NCBI GenBank assembly: GCA_951406725.2
Contig: OX597831.1
Coordinates: 49,910,001-49,974,000, forward strand
Source: Octopus vulgaris
Lineage: Eukaryota
Direction of reading: 5' to 3'
DNA length: 64,000 bases
Both the position numbers and the translations under genes were made by a program. Under the pieces are notes generated by a model that was not told the DNA's origin, made no database searches, and saw only the letters and a program-made list of their open reading frames with translations. Of this stretch, positions 12,671 through 27,740 are shown in pieces (position 1 is the first letter of the stretch; each line of letters begins with the position of its first letter).

Positions 12671-13129
12671 AATTTTAGTACAAGGCCAGCGGTTTTGTAG
12701 GATTCTATTACCTGAACAGCAGTGTTAAACTGGTACTTATTTTAACGACTCCGAAGGGATGACAGGTGAAGTGAACCTCGGTGGAATTTGAGCTCAGCCA
12801 GAACGCGAAGGCGGACAGAAACCCACAAGGTATTTTGCCCGGAGTGCTAATCAGTCTACAACCTCATCTCCTTAATATTGGTTTCACTTTTTGGCCCAAG
12901 GCCAGCAGTTTCGGGAGAAGGAGTAATTTGGTTATATCAACCCCATTGATCAACTGGTACTTATTTTATCGATCTCGAAAAGATGAAAGGCAAGGTCGAC
13001 CGCGGCGGAATTCGAACTCAGAACGTAAAAACGGACGAAATACCGTTAAACATTTCACCCACGATGACAAAGATTTTGCCTGCTCGCCGCCTTTATATTA
13101 ATATTAATATTTTACCGGAAAAGTTCAAC

Positions 13130-13540
13130 ACCGTACCGATGTGCAGTCAAATACAGAAAGGGATGAATACTATGTTAACAATATTACATGTAATTATATA
13201 CTCTGTTGTAACAAGAATAACTTGCCAAAGTAGTAGTGTGCAGCAGAAATACGTCTAACACTTATTGTTTCGAGACATGGCATAGTAATTTAGAGAAGTT
13301 AGTGTCACTTTCCATTTACCACAAAGATAAGAGCCGGTACACGCCTTGAGTTTTTTGTTGAAATTTCTTTCAACTTGTACAAGTGGGAGGTTATTTTGTC
13401 GCCTTCTGAACTTCTGTACAGCATTATATCAAGTATCTTGGTGCAAATTTACCTAAAATAGGAAATTCACATAAATGGGATCAATATAAAAAAATATTGC
13501 GAGGAATCAAGTTTTGGTTTTATCACATTGTATCACAAAG
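13130..13540 (+). pseudogene. Decayed ankyrin-repeat fragment (several repeats)
   Basis: TERDEY/LTILHVII; IYHKDKSRYTP* (13323-13346); TALYQVS; NGINI. Confidence 0.55.
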
Positions 13541-14428
13541 TATTTGTGATTTTTTACTTTATTCAATCAGGTTAAATAAAACCAGATGCTAACTATACTC
13601 GACTTGAACTAAAAAAAAAATAGGTAGACAAAACAAATACACAAAAAAGCAAAAAAAAAAAAAAAATTCTCTAAAATATTTGAAATAGAGATTTCACTGT
13701 TTTGATGTTCAATTAAAATGAAGCATTTTTGTTTGGTATTCTATATCAGTCAGCTGTTTCGCGAATCATTTCAATATTATTTAGTGGAGAATCACAATGA
13801 AAAAGTGAAATGAAGATAAAAATATTTAGAAATGTTATTACTAATTATGTATTTGGGTAACTCCTGGAAGAAACTTTTGTGATCATCGAAGATCTTATGA
13901 ATAGAATCCAATTCTTTGATACTGTGGATTTCCATTGTACATTACAATTTCCTTCCAATTAATCTGATGCCAATTATTTAATTGTCAATTGTCGCAACTT
14001 TCTAATTCTTCTCGATGTAACATTTTCAATGATTGATTTCTTTTGATTAGGCATTAGACCGAATAAATATTTAATCGAATTATTGGGGTTAAATACAACA
14101 TCATGACGCATTTGTTCCCTTTTCTCAATTGCATTATATGCTTAAGGGAAGGAACTGCTTTCACACGGGAGTCAACCGGCATTGAAATCTCGGCTGGTTG
14201 GGGAATTATTATTTGCATAATTATATTAAATATCCGTATGATGGTGTGGCCTGTGCCAATGTCAGATATCATTAATATTAATGATCATGATTTTGCGAGT
14301 GAATAAGTGACAGTAGAAGGTTGAGTTGTCTTTTTATTTTATTTAATATTGATACAGGTCACATCTCACAGAGTTCGATTTGAACGCACATCTTCACCTC
14401 ATACATCAACGGTATACTAGATATAAAG

Positions 14429-14660
14429 AAGGCGGCGAGCTGGAAGAATCATTAGCACGCCGGGCGAAATGCGTAGCCGTATTTCGTCTGCCATTACGTT
14501 CTGTGTTCAAATTCCGCAGAGGTCGACTTTGCCTTTCATCATTTCGGTCTCGATTAAAAAAGAACCAGTTACGCACTGGGGTCGATATAATCGACTTAAT
14601 CTGTCTGTCCTTGTTTGTCATCTCTGTGTTTAGCCCGTTGTGGGTAGTAAAGAAATAGGT
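14429..14660 (+). mobile_element. SINE family A with target-site duplication
   Basis: ggtatactagatataaag at 14411-14428 and 14658-14675. Confidence 0.92.
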
Positions 14661-14679
14661 ATACTAGATATAAAGCATT

Positions 14680-15530
14680 TACAGGGAATGTTTCAGAAGC
14701 CATCATGAGTCTCCTAGCATTTGAGGATTTGTGCTAGTGAAAGAAATATTTTCCAACGTGAATTCTCTCCCTCCCCGATTACGAATTCAGTTCAAAATCA
14801 ACTGAAATTTACTTAAGTTTCCATCTCAGAAGTGTCGATCAATCCAGTTGGCTATAGACAACATCACATATAAACTCATATATTTCTCAATCATGATAAT
14901 CAACATTTCTTAAGCAAAAAGTGTTAAGCACGGAGAAACTATTATAACATAGTTTCTCATCTTACTAGCAATCAAGGAAGGAAGGAAGCACTCCGTCGGT
15001 TACGACGAGGGTTCCGGTTGATCCGATCAACGGAACAGCCTGCTCGTGAAATTAACGTGTAAGTGGCTGAGCACTCCACAGACACGAGTACCCTCAACGT
15101 AGTTCTCGGGGATATTCAGCGTGACACAGATAGTGACAAGGCCGGCCCTTTGAAATACAGGTACAACAGAAACAGGAAGTAAGAGTGAGAGAAAGTTGTG
15201 GTGAAAGAGTACAGCAGGGATCACCACCATCCCCTACCGGAGCCTCGTGGAGCTTTTAGGTGTTTTCGTTCAATAAACACTCACAACGCCCGGTCTGGGA
15301 ATCGAAACCACGATCATACGACCGCGAATCCGCTGCCCTAACCACTGGGCCATTGCGCCTCCACTAGCAATCAATTATTGTTACTAACAATGGACTATTG
15401 TAAATGCATCTTTCCTAGCTACTCTTGTTTTTACACTAAATAGAAGCGGAAGTAAATTCTTATTTCGTTTTGAACAATAATTACTGAAGAGAAAAACACA
15501 AATACTTGGAGCCCTTTCTGTGGGGTCATT
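14680..15530 (+). pseudogene. Decayed ankyrin-like fragment split by a SINE B insertion
   Basis: AFTGNVSEAIMSLLAF; KHGETII; TLNRSGSKFLF. Confidence 0.35.
14976..15362 (-). mobile_element. Full-length SINE family B with tail type 2 and 12 bp TSD
   Basis: tRNA-like head at right end; (ttcc)n tail; TSD actagcaatcaa on both sides. Confidence 0.92.
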
Positions 15531-15602
15531 GTTTTGATTCCTCAATAGAGCTTACCTATATTTTGAGAATATATTTTGGATTACATTATTACAAAGATCA
15601 GT

Positions 15603-15820
15603 AAGGTGGCGAGCTGGCAGAGTCGTCAACACGCCGGGAAAAAGCGCTTAGCGGCATTTAATCCATCGTTACGTTCTGAGTTCAAACGCCGCTGGGGTCG
15701 ACGTTGCATTACATCTTTTCGGGATCGATAAAATAAGTACTAATTTAGCACTGGTGTCGATGTATTCAACTAGTTCCCTCCCACAGAATTTCAGGCCTTG
15801 TGCCTATAAATGAAAGGATT
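15603..15820 (+). mobile_element. SINE family A
   Basis: Consensus match; imperfect TSD attattacaaa(g)atcagt. Confidence 0.85.
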
Positions 15821-15904
15821 ATTACAAAATCAGTGTCAAGGCGTCTCGCTCTTTAGTGCCAGTAGGCGAGTGGAGCACCATCTTGGATGCATGACTGGAC
15901 GATA

Positions 15905-16115
15905 GATAAATCGCTGGTCACAATGCGCTTCACATTGTTTTAGCCTTCAAATGACGCCACCCCGCAGAGAGTGAGAGAAAGTTGTGGCGAAAGAATACAG
16001 CAGGGATCGCCACCACCCCCTGCCGGAGCCTCGTGAAGCTTTAGGTGTTTTCGCTCAATAAAAACTCACCGAAACCACGAGTCCGCTGTCCTAACCACTG
16101 GGCCATTGTGCCTCC
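15905..16115 (-). mobile_element. SINE family B, tail type 1, internally deleted
   Basis: Matches 29471-29770. Confidence 0.8.
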
Positions 16116-16231
16116 ACACCACACACACACACGTATATATATATATATATGAATATATGGAATTGTGTATGTATGTATGATGTAAGTGTAAATGTAGATA
16201 AATAGGTAAACTTAGGTATGTGAGTTGGTAT

Positions 16232-16273
<42 letters not shown>

Positions 16274-16371
16274 GGCCGTGTAACTGAAGAGATGGCGGCG
16301 GGGATTTCCACCTCGGCATCCACAACTCGGAGTTTTATCATGGCTACCGAATAATTGTCACATATTACATT

Positions 16372-16375
<4 letters not shown>
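16274..16375 (+). ncRNA. Degenerate hammerhead in short PLE pseudo-LTR fragment
   Basis: CTGAAGA-gatg...catc-cacaac-tcgga-gtt; homologous to 29207-29310; GAAA mutated. Confidence 0.6.
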
Positions 16376-16441
<66 letters not shown>

Positions 16442-16451
16442 CATATATATA

Positions 16452-16486
<35 letters not shown>

Positions 16487-16858
16487 GTGGGTATTATATA
16501 ACAGAATCGCTTCATAGAACTGGATACCAGTAGACTTGAATTTATGAATTTATGAAATTTTAGCTTATTTATTATTAAGCTCGCTCTTAATATAACGTTT
16601 TAAATGCATTTATACTTAAAGAAAATAATATTTTCAGAATATATATCTGTCTGAAGGAACTTCATTATATTTTTTATTAAAGGTAATTTTTAATCATAAA
16701 CAAAGCCTAGTTAATGCGGTAGAAACAGCCGTAACTTGATTTGTCATTTGTTTATATAGAAATAATAAAATTGGATTGAATTTATCATATATTGATTCAA
16801 TTATTCAATTTATTATTTTGTTTCCATTCCTAATCTCTCTCTATACATACACACACCC

Positions 16859-16938
<80 letters not shown>

Positions 16939-18015
16939 GTACATACATACATAAATATATATATGTATGTGTGTGTGTAACAGCAATTTTACAACAACAA
17001 CAAAGAAACAAAAAAAACAAGGCCACTCCTCGATACTAGCAAAATTAATGAAATATTAAACTCCATAATCAAGAAAGTTTCCCTGCGTAGTTATCCGCTT
17101 TCTCATTTTCTCGAAGTACCACAAGTTACCCATCATCATCATCATCATTGTCATTATGTTCTACTGCTATTACCATTACCACAACTAGACAATAGCAGCA
17201 ACATGACCGGCATTAGCAGTCAATCTTCAATACTAGAACAATTGATGACCTGTTAAACAATACAAACTCCATAGCCACTCCACAGTGAAGTCACTCAAAT
17301 TCTCTTCAGAATAACAAAAGAGATCCATTATCACCATTGTCATCCCATTCTACTGCTACTACCATTACCACTGCCACTACTCCAGTTAGTGAAAAACCAC
17401 TCCTTTCTTCTTCTTTCCCCCAACTACCCACTTCAATCTGAATGTATAACCTCACAGCGCCATGATAAACTTGCCAACTGCAAATAAAATAAAATCATGA
17501 ACACACGAAACCCTAAAATATGCCGCTATTCTCAACGCGAGATACTATGCATACGCAATGACTGTAGCTTCAACCATTTTCCAAGCACAAAATGCACAAT
17601 TCGTACAAGCGATACCAGCCGAAATCAAACCACGCATCTTACAACACCACCACGATCATTACTAAAAACTAAGTCACATTAAAAAACATTTACACATGTA
17701 ACCTGGAATCCTAGAATTATAAAACTTAGATATAAATTCTATATTTTACACCCCGCGTTTTTCTCCCAGCGAAATTTCTTTTTCATGAGATAGTTTTAGG
17801 TGCAGTTCGATGTTCTTTTTTCTTTGCTCAATCTCAATTACTGTGAGAGTTTGGTTTTATAATTGTACAAAATGCTTTGCGTTCTGAGTTCGAAGTGCGC
17901 CGGGGTCAAATTTGCCTTATATACTTTCGTGGTCGATAACATAAGTACCAGTCGAGCGCTAAAATCCATGTAATCAACTAAGTTCATTCCCCGAACTAGC
18001 AGACCTTGGGCCAAA

Positions 18016-18068
<53 letters not shown>

Positions 18069-18756
18069 CATCATTACTATTATTATTATTTCTCTCCCGA
18101 GAAGGTCGATCGATGGATACATTGGATTATTCCATACCTAGAAGCAGAGGAATCCACCGTGATATACATTTACTCATGGATTTTATGAATTGACTTTAGC
18201 ACAGGCTAATTCCGGCAAATAGGTTTTAGGAGTGTAAATTCGAATACAGGTCTAATTATCAAAGATAATGTCGGGAAACAATATCAAGAAGTTGAAACAG
18301 TTTGAAACAATCGATTATATTTTTTGGTGCTGTTCGCTCAAAATTTTCTTGATTATGTACATTAATTGTGATGTATTAAGATATTATTTCAAGCTTTATT
18401 CAAGCATTTTCAGATTACTTCATTGGCTATTTAGAAGCAGAGATCTGATTTTTCCCCCCACATTTTGTTTAAGAATCTTACATTAAAATTTATCTCCCTT
18501 TCTGATTACACTCCACTACATGTTAATTTTCGAAAATTGCTCATTATTTACTATAAAAATTGTGAATTGGCACTTAAAGTAATTGTATCAATTTCTTCTC
18601 TATTAATGCCTTTTTCGGGCAACAGAATATGATAAACAGTATTTTCCGATATACTAACAGTATTTAAGCTTCATAATCGACGTTAATTATAATTAATTTG
18701 TACTCACGGTGTTCTTTCGGAGTTATGCTTTGCATGCAGGTTATATTAAGAAACAT

Positions 18757-18874
<118 letters not shown>

Positions 18875-18911
18875 GTATATATGTATATATATTTATGTAT
18901 ATATATATATG

Positions 18912-18971
<60 letters not shown>

Positions 18972-19198
18972 AGTGGCGGTGCATCAGCATGGCCGCAGCT
19001 CTGAGCTGAAACAAACAAACAAAAAAAATATACATATATATATATATATTTATATATATATATATACATATATATGTGTATTTGATATGTGTATATATAT
19101 ATGTATATATGCGTATATATATATGTATATATATATATCAATATATATATAATATTTACATGTATGTGTGTATGTATATAACATAGTTATATATTATG

Positions 19199-19252
<54 letters not shown>

Positions 19253-19395
19253 CATAAACACACACAACCACATTAAAATCTGTGTACGTGAGTGAATGCG
19301 TGAGTGTGTGTTTTTGTGTGCGTGTGTGTGTGCTAGTATGGCAAGAAAAGGTACCGCAAAGTATCTCGTTCAAGAACAAAAAATACTTCCTCCAT

Positions 19396-19752
19396 TTACA
19401 AAGCAGCTGATATAAATTTACCCTCACTGAGCAAATAGATCATGTTGTTAATAGATATATATGAAAGCATAACACGTAAGAGACTTTTCTTCTTCTGGTT
19501 CGTTAAATTTCTTTCCCTTCTTCGTCTTTCGAATACAGTTAAAAGTAAAGAAAATAGAAAATATCGAAAATAATTAAGTATAATGTTAATTTTAAACTTA
19601 AATGATTCTGATGCTTTCATTTCCCTGGTTCTATCTCTCCACTCCTTTCCTCCACTGTTAAGAAAGTTAAAAAAAAAATAACGCGAAAAAAAGATCATCG
19701 ATCGTATATAATCCCTAAGGGCTTCAAATGAATGAAGACCAGATAATTTCAT
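19396..19752 (-). pseudogene. Ankyrin-repeat-like frame
   Basis: NLTNQKKKSLLRVMLSYISINNMIYLLSEG fits one ANK repeat spacing. Confidence 0.5.
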
Positions 19753-20494
19753 GATCTCAAGTTACCTTGTACCTAGAATAAGGTCGAAATGGCGCTATCT
19801 ACAACAGGCTAGGACACCGAGAAAATGAATTATATGGAAATATTATTTCATACGCTCTCTCACTCACAAGAATAAAAAAAGACCCCTCATTATATAAAGA
19901 AAAAATTATGAACCCTAAGGATTTCTTAAAGGGAATCCTCATCCTTTGCTCTATCTCAGTAAACTGTCGTTCCCCTAAATCTCTCTCTCTCTCTCTTTCT
20001 TTCTTGCGCTCTGTCTCTGTCGCTCTCTCCCTCTTATTATTTCTCTTTCTCTCTCTCTTTCTTGCGCTCTGTCACTGTCTCCCTCTCCCTCTTATTATTT
20101 CTCTTTCTCTCTCTCTTTCTTTCTTTCTCTTTCTCTCTCTCTCTCTCTCTCTCTAATTCTGGAAGCCACTATAGTGGCAGTTGAAATAGTTCCCAGTAAG
20201 GCTAGTAGAATTTTTTTTTTTATATCATATAAATGAATGCATCTATGTATGCACTTTGTATACATGGAGAATTTCGCTAATATGGATTGAGCGAATATAA
20301 ACGTCGGCCTCTGAATTTGTTTTCTCCTCTCCTTAATTTTATATATATATATAGTTTTGGATTTGGCTTGCAAGATTCTTTACGTGAGTTCGTGTCGAAA
20401 GATATTCTGTTGTGTCTGAGGAAAGTCATTGTCACTTAGTGCCTTATAATTTAAGACACTCACGGGTAGAATGTCCTCTCATTTACTTAATTTT

Positions 20495-20531
20495 CTAAAA
20501 TTTTCTTTGCGTCACGCAACCTTTTCAATAG
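20495..20531 (-). ncRNA. Minimal hammerhead-like motif with U3-A8 core in probable PLE end (~20352-20890)
   Basis: cta-TTGAAAA-g-gttgcg-tga-cgcaaa-GAAA-at-TT-tag; stem I only 3 bp, 11.1 mutated. Confidence 0.5.
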
Positions 20532-20892
20532 TTATTGACACTGTCCGTAATCTAAGCTGCGCTTTTTGTCTGTTTGTGGGCATGTGTGTGGGTCAGTGTG
20601 TGTGAGCATATACTTGTATGCATGTATGTATATATGTATGTGGGTATACATGCATGAGTGTATGCGTGTATACATGTGTGTGCTTATGTATATATGTATG
20701 TGTGTACGTTTACATATTCATGTTTGTGTGTTCGTATTTGTATGTTTTTATGTGTTTGGGTTTTTGCGATGGTGTACTGTCTATATGTCTGTTTACTTTC
20801 ATATTATATTTGCCTATATACATGTGCATATACATATACATATATACAAACCAACGCACCCACATATATATGTATTCACCCACACATATATG

Positions 20893-20979
<87 letters not shown>

Positions 20980-21039
20980 ATATATCTACTCAATTAGATG
21001 TATATATGCATAAATGAAAGGGAAGCATTTATCCTATCT

Positions 21040-21330
21040 TTACTCCATGGTTTCCAGCAGTTTTGCAGTACCAGTTTCTGTATTAATTATAATGTAACAA
21101 GTATATGATGACATTTGTATCTTATGGCTGTTGTGACTATCACATGCTGTGTAAATAACGTTGCCAATACGTATATTCTTCACTATTTGAGCGTAATAAG
21201 GTAATAAGCGTAATAAGGTCATCAACCTTAAATATTGCTCTGCAAGTCTTTTAGCTTTGCATAGATTACTATGACAGGGAATTTAAATTGATTCACTGCA
21301 CGATCCCATCTGCATGCTAATTTTCACTGA
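21040..21330 (-). pseudogene. Decayed ankyrin-like fragment
   Basis: KLKDLQSNI; LLRLLPYYAQI; GNVIYTACDSHN. Confidence 0.35.
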
Positions 21331-21359
21331 TCTCTATTTATCTATATTTATTATAGAAT

Positions 21360-21516
21360 CTCGTCGGTATTTACGTTCTGAGTTCAAATTCCGCCGAAGT
21401 CGACTTTACTTTTCATCCTTTTGGGGTCGATAAATTAATTACCAGTTGCGTACTGGTGCCGATCGATTAGCGCCCCTCTCCCAAAATTTCGGGCCTTGTG
21501 CCTAGAGTAGAAATGT
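21360..21516 (+). mobile_element. 5'-truncated SINE family A with TSD
   Basis: tatatttattatagaatc on both sides. Confidence 0.85.
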
Positions 21517-21737
21517 ATATTTATTATAGAATCGGTGGTCTGACATGAATCTCTATTCTGAATTTCTAGTCGTGCTTTCAATTCTTGTGATTTGACGTTG
21601 AAGGAATGCTCTGGGGTAGATCTAATCGACTTAATCCCTTTGTCTGTCCTTCTTTGTCCCCTCTGTGTTTAGCCCCTTATGGGCAATAAAGAAATATATG
21701 TTGGAACTCACACGCGCATGCACGCAGACACACATAC

Positions 21738-21790
<53 letters not shown>

Positions 21791-22089
21791 AACAAACAAA
21801 AACACGCACCCACACGCACAAACACATGCACACATATACAGCACCCCACACACAAACCCTCACGCTTACACACTCTCACACGCACACAATATATATGCAT
21901 GTGTGTGTGTCTTTGTGTGCGCGTTATGGGATATATAAACATAAATATGTATGTAAAATATTACAGACATGTAATATATCCATGCATGTTTATATAAATA
22001 TATCTTATAATATATTTGTAGCCGTTTCAAAGGACGAGCAGATCAATAAAAATATGAAAAAAAAAAGGTAAACACGGCAATAAAAAGCG

Positions 22090-22310
22090 ACTTTTATTTG
22101 AAGAGCACAATTAATACCTGCTGACTTTATAGCAAATTGGTTACAAAATGTAATATCAGAAATGTTATTTGAACATATAAAGTAGGAAGTGTATGCCGTA
22201 TGTCAACAACAGTGTAATGACTATGAAAACTTAGAATTGCGAAACCGCTGGAAAGCATAGAGAAATCATGTAAATAAATGGATATTTATATGCACACGCT
22301 CACCGCAGCA
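22090..22310 (+). pseudogene. Decayed ankyrin-like fragment
   Basis: NVISEMLFEH; CNDYENLE; HVNK/DIYMHTL. Confidence 0.35.
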
Positions 22311-22364
22311 TTTAAATATATATATATATATAATCAAACTAAGCAACAAGGATATCCAGAAGTA

Positions 22365-22453
22365 ATGCAGTACGATCGTTTCATGTAACTCCATTTAATT
22401 GAAAAATGTAATCATTACATCAATTTAAAATGCACAGCAATCTTCAGCTGCAT
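22365..22453 (-). ncRNA. Hammerhead ribozyme with long stem II
   Basis: atgcag-CTGAAGA-ttgct...acat-GAAAC-gatc-GTA-ctgcat; 6 bp stem I, palindromic stem III. Confidence 0.75.
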
Positions 22454-24332
22454 AGAATTTAATTAAATTAGAACAGATGGACACATTAGTATAATTATAT
22501 CTAAAATCTCCAAGAAGTTAAGGAGATAGACAAAGAACATGCAGACTCACTCCAGCATAGAAGTTACTAAGTTTTCAAGAAGATATACATTGTTCTAGCC
22601 CCAGCCTGTCACTGATTTTTTGTTTTTATGGGGTCAGTTTTAATTTATAGACTAGTTTATCAATTACCTTGTATATCTAAGGCTAAGAGAACAGAGGGCA
22701 GTATCTGTTAGGGATGGGGCTAAGGGAGCAGACAGACATCATAGTATAGTCATAAAAATCAAGACATCATAGTATAGTCGTAAAAATCAAGATTTATTAG
22801 AAGCAATATCATGAGGTTTGGTGAATGAAAACTTAAAACAAGATCTAGCTGACAATTAAGGAGTCTCCCACTAGCAGACCATTGATAATAAAGCAGGGGA
22901 AGTCTTATTATGTAGTACTATAGTTAGATATTTTAAACAATGTTGCTATATTGTATACAGTTAAAGTTTAGGGTTATTCAGAGGATTATTAAAAAGAATA
23001 TTATAATAACAGGATAGAAATTTATGAACACCTTTGAGTATATACTAAACTTTTACCACAATAGTAGGAGGAAAAGAAAAGAAACAATCCAGAAATAGTT
23101 TGATATTTATACATATTGTACACTTAAATAATAACTCATCAAATGGTATCTCTGAATATTGATTAATTGGTATATACTTGTATTAATAAAGGAATATTGA
23201 GGTAAAGGAACATGCTAATGATAGATTAATAAAATTATAATCTAAGCAGTTTTTTATAAGTAGTGAATATACCAATATAGTTCTATATAAGCTAAGTATG
23301 AATTTATAGAGATACAGAAATTAGATTAATTTTATAAATAAATATAAGCTGATTATAAAATAATAAATTTAAAAAATAAAATAATCAATTAAGGCAGAAC
23401 ACCATAGAAAAGGAATAAAATAGCTTAATTACTAATAGTGTGGTAAAGTATATGTAGCTTATTAACACCAGTAGAGAAGAATTTTAGAAAAAGCATCATA
23501 ATTCAAAATATATTAAACAAAAAATTATATATTTACTTATTTAGCTATTATCAACAAAAGACTGATGTTTGGTATCGGCTAAAGGAATATTTATGTTATG
23601 GAACAATGATATTTTACACTAATCTATTTTTAAACACTAAGCGTTATATTATAGGTTTAAGAAGTTATTATTGTTACTCCCTACATCATAGTTATTGTTT
23701 TTTAGTGGTACTTGTTTAGAAGGGTTATTTATATAAAGGCCCTTATAGATACTAAGATCAGGAGGGTAGAGCCATTTAGGAAAGAGATAAATCAAGTAAT
23801 TTTTAAAGATCATTTCAAACAACTGTGTCTTATTGTATAAAGTTAAAATTTAGGGTAATCAAGGAGATGATTAAGAATGTAATTTTAACAAGATGATAAA
23901 ACTTTTTTGAATATTTTGAGTATATACCAAATTTTTACCACAATAGAAGGAGGAAAATAAAATTGCAAAGAAATAGTTTAATATATATTTACTTATTACT
24001 TATATAAATATTAAGTTATAATATGGTTTCTATGAAGATTGATCAATTGGATTTAACTGGTATTTAATAAGGGAGCAACTGAGGTTAAAGAACATGTCAA
24101 CTATATACTGATTTAATTAAATTGAACTATTTTAAGTTGTCGAGGTACAGGTTTTACCTTATATAAGCTGAGTACGAATTAATAGGGATACAAAGATTAG
24201 ATTTATTTAAGGCTACTATAAAATAATAATAATAATGATAATAATAGTAATAATAATAATAATGATAACAACAACAACAATAATAATAATAATAATAATA
24301 ATAATGATAACAATAATAATAATAATAATAAT

Positions 24333-24757
24333 ATGACAGAGTTGTAACATACATACACTGGAAGCTATGCCAACATTATGGAATAACAACAGAAAAAAGT
24401 GGTATAGGTACACACCAGAAAAGGTCACAGAAAACGAGAAAGCAACCATACTCTGGGATATGCCGATGCACACAGATAGAGAAATTAAGGCCAACAGACC
24501 AGATATAGTTGTCAGAGATCATGAAGAAAAAAATGCATTCTAATTGATGTATCAATACCGGCAGATGACAACGTGTCTCTAAAAGAAATGGAGAAACTTT
24601 CAAAATAGAAAGACCTGGAAATAGAGGTAACCAGAATGTGGAATCTAATAATACAATAACCATCAGAGCATTACAACAAATCACAGCACATACCCAAGGC
24701 ACACAGAGCTGCGCTCGGTAGTGAAGTGAAAGCACACTATAAAAATAAAACTACTGA
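24333..24757 (+). mobile_element. 5'-truncated, internally deleted Dong-like family 1 copy in (AAT)n
   Basis: Matches 870-1455 with ~155 bp deletion; AAT repeats on both sides. Confidence 0.92.
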
Positions 24758-24782
24758 ATGATATATAATAATAATAATAATG

Positions 24783-24930
<148 letters not shown>

Positions 24931-25519
24931 TAATAATCAGTTAGGGTAGAGTATCATAGAAAAAGAATAAAAACAGCCTAATCACTTAACACCATAATAA
25001 AATATTCATACCTTATTAACTTCAATAGCAAATATTTATAGAAAATGTATAATAATTTTAGTATTATGAGTGGTAAGAATGAGAATTAAAAACATCAATG
25101 TTTGATGATAATTTAGTAATTCTCTTAGAAATACTTTTAATTACCGATTTTAATATATTAGCGGGGTGATTTGATAATTTATTCACATATCTTGTAACCT
25201 CACCTTCTTTCCTATAGGGGTAGTATAATTTCGAGTTAATGTTTAAAGTAGTATCCCCAAAATTTACTATTTTAGTGCCATATTCATAAGTTATACTTAA
25301 GTAAAAGTTTTTGAAAAATTTTCTAATTCTCTTTCTCATTCTTTCTATGATTGATTGATTTATTGTTGCTAGGGATGTTGAATAGAGCATCATCCCTATA
25401 TAGACCTCCCTGTAATTCATGGATTTCCCTATTTTGGCACCTTAAAAGATACGCATCCACTAGATTTGTGATTTCGGCTCATATACATTCATAAGTGCAT
25501 GCATGCATTACATACATAC

Positions 25520-25635
<116 letters not shown>

Positions 25636-25647
25636 TATATATATATA

Positions 25648-25707
<60 letters not shown>

Positions 25708-25793
25708 TAGGGAATATATTTCCAAAACTTACAGGAAAAGAATCCAATTTAACAATTTTAAATCAAATTTCACAATATATAATATATGTATAT

Positions 25794-25970
25794 AATTCAA
25801 AGAAAAACCTATTGACAACATATACAAAACAAATACTATAAACAAAACCTTATTCTAAAAATCAATAAAGTACAATAAATAGTAAATAGTACTTTATTGA
25901 TTTTTAGAATAAAGCTTTGTTTATAGTACATGTTTTCTATATGGTGTGAATAACATTTCTTTATTGAATT
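25794..25970. repeat. Imperfect long hairpin between (TA)n tracts
   Basis: Core arms 25834-25872 and 25889-25928; element start tagggaat..ccaaaacttacagg resembles reverse complement of 10200-10235. Confidence 0.8.
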
Positions 25971-26014
25971 GTTTAATAGAGGTTTTTCTCTAAATTATTT
26001 ACATCTACATACAT

Positions 26015-26045
<31 letters not shown>

Positions 26046-26089
26046 CACATATACATATATATATACATATACATATATATATACATATA

Positions 26090-26137
<48 letters not shown>

Positions 26138-26174
26138 TACATTATATATATATCTTATATATATATTTATATAT

Positions 26175-26217
<43 letters not shown>

Positions 26218-26219
<2 letters not shown>

Positions 26220-26558
26220 TGATGGTGACCCCCTTCGGTCAGACACTGACCATGGGTTTGCACCTAGAGAGTTACCCTCTGAGGCACAAGTCTGGGCAAG
26301 GTTGTTTTATGGAAGACCAGCAGTCGCCCATGCATACTGGCCTCCCCTCTCCAAGTCACCGATGTTGTCCAAGGGAAAGGCAAGGGCCGATACAGCTTGG
26401 CACTTGTGACGTCGCAACTCATTTCTACAGCTGAGTGAACTGGAGCAACGTGAAATAAAGTGTCTTGCTCAAGAACACAACACGCAGCCCGGTCCGTGAT
26501 TCGAGCTCACAACCTCACGATCGTAAGCTCGACGCTCTAACCACTGAGCCCACGCGCC
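26218..26558 (-). mobile_element. SINE family D (tRNA head, CORE-like domain)
   Basis: Minus strand ggcgcgtgggctcagtggttagagcgtcg..gagctcgaatcac..cttgagcaagacacttt..ctcagctgtagaaatg; degenerate relatives near 32120-32310 and 60600-60840. Confidence 0.8.
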
Positions 26559-26567
26559 TATATATAT

Positions 26568-27130
<563 letters not shown>

Positions 27131-27164
27131 ATATATATATTTGCTTACTTCCATATATATATAT

Positions 27165-27295
27165 TCCACTGTATGCCTGTTATTATATCAACAGCAGGAT
27201 GTATTTGCAGAGCGAAGCTAAAGGTATATTTATCGGCCCTTTTGTATTACTGAAAAATACATTTCTCGGACGAGATAATTAACTGTAAAGATATA
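27165..27295 (+). pseudogene. Decayed ankyrin-like fragment
   Basis: TVCLLLYQQQDVFA; IINCKD. Confidence 0.45.
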
Positions 27296-27385
27296 CAAAC
27301 TCATACAAACACACGCTTACACACAAGCATACATAAAAGTCTATGAATATATATATATATGTAATATAATATGTGAGAATTATTC

Positions 27386-27464
27386 GGTTGCCATAATAAG
27401 ACTCCGACGTTCAGATGTCTGAGCGGAAACCTGCTCCGGCATCTCGTCAGTTATCGAGGCAATC
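27386..27464 (-). ncRNA. Degenerate hammerhead in inverted pseudo-LTR
   Basis: CTGACGA-gatg...catc-tgaac-gtcgga-GTC; GAAA altered. Confidence 0.6.
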
Positions 27465-27689
27465 AAAATATGCTATGGAAATGACCGTTATATAAGGGGG
27501 AAAACCGAAGAGGAGGAAGTAAAACGTCAAGAAGAAAAATGCTCATGTACATACATACGCATGCGTGTTCGTACTCCCACGTACATCTGCATATATGCAT
27601 CTGCTCACTCACACTGGCATGAAACACATACATGCGCACCCACACATACGCCAATAGATGCAATATATATGCAATCATGCATGTATACG

Positions 27690-27740
<51 letters not shown>

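Noticed and set aside
13700-14330. Complex unique sequence, possible exon
   Set aside because: No frame gave a recognisable motif or clean splice boundaries by eye; left unannotated
22540-22700. LVYKLKL...FYAGVS as a GIY-YIG motif
   Set aside because: Not conserved in the related copy at 53830-53925 and too close to the hammerhead to fit the rest of the domain
26480-26558. tRNA gene
   Set aside because: Head of a SINE: continues into a CORE-like body and lacks a proper acceptor stem; same for family B heads
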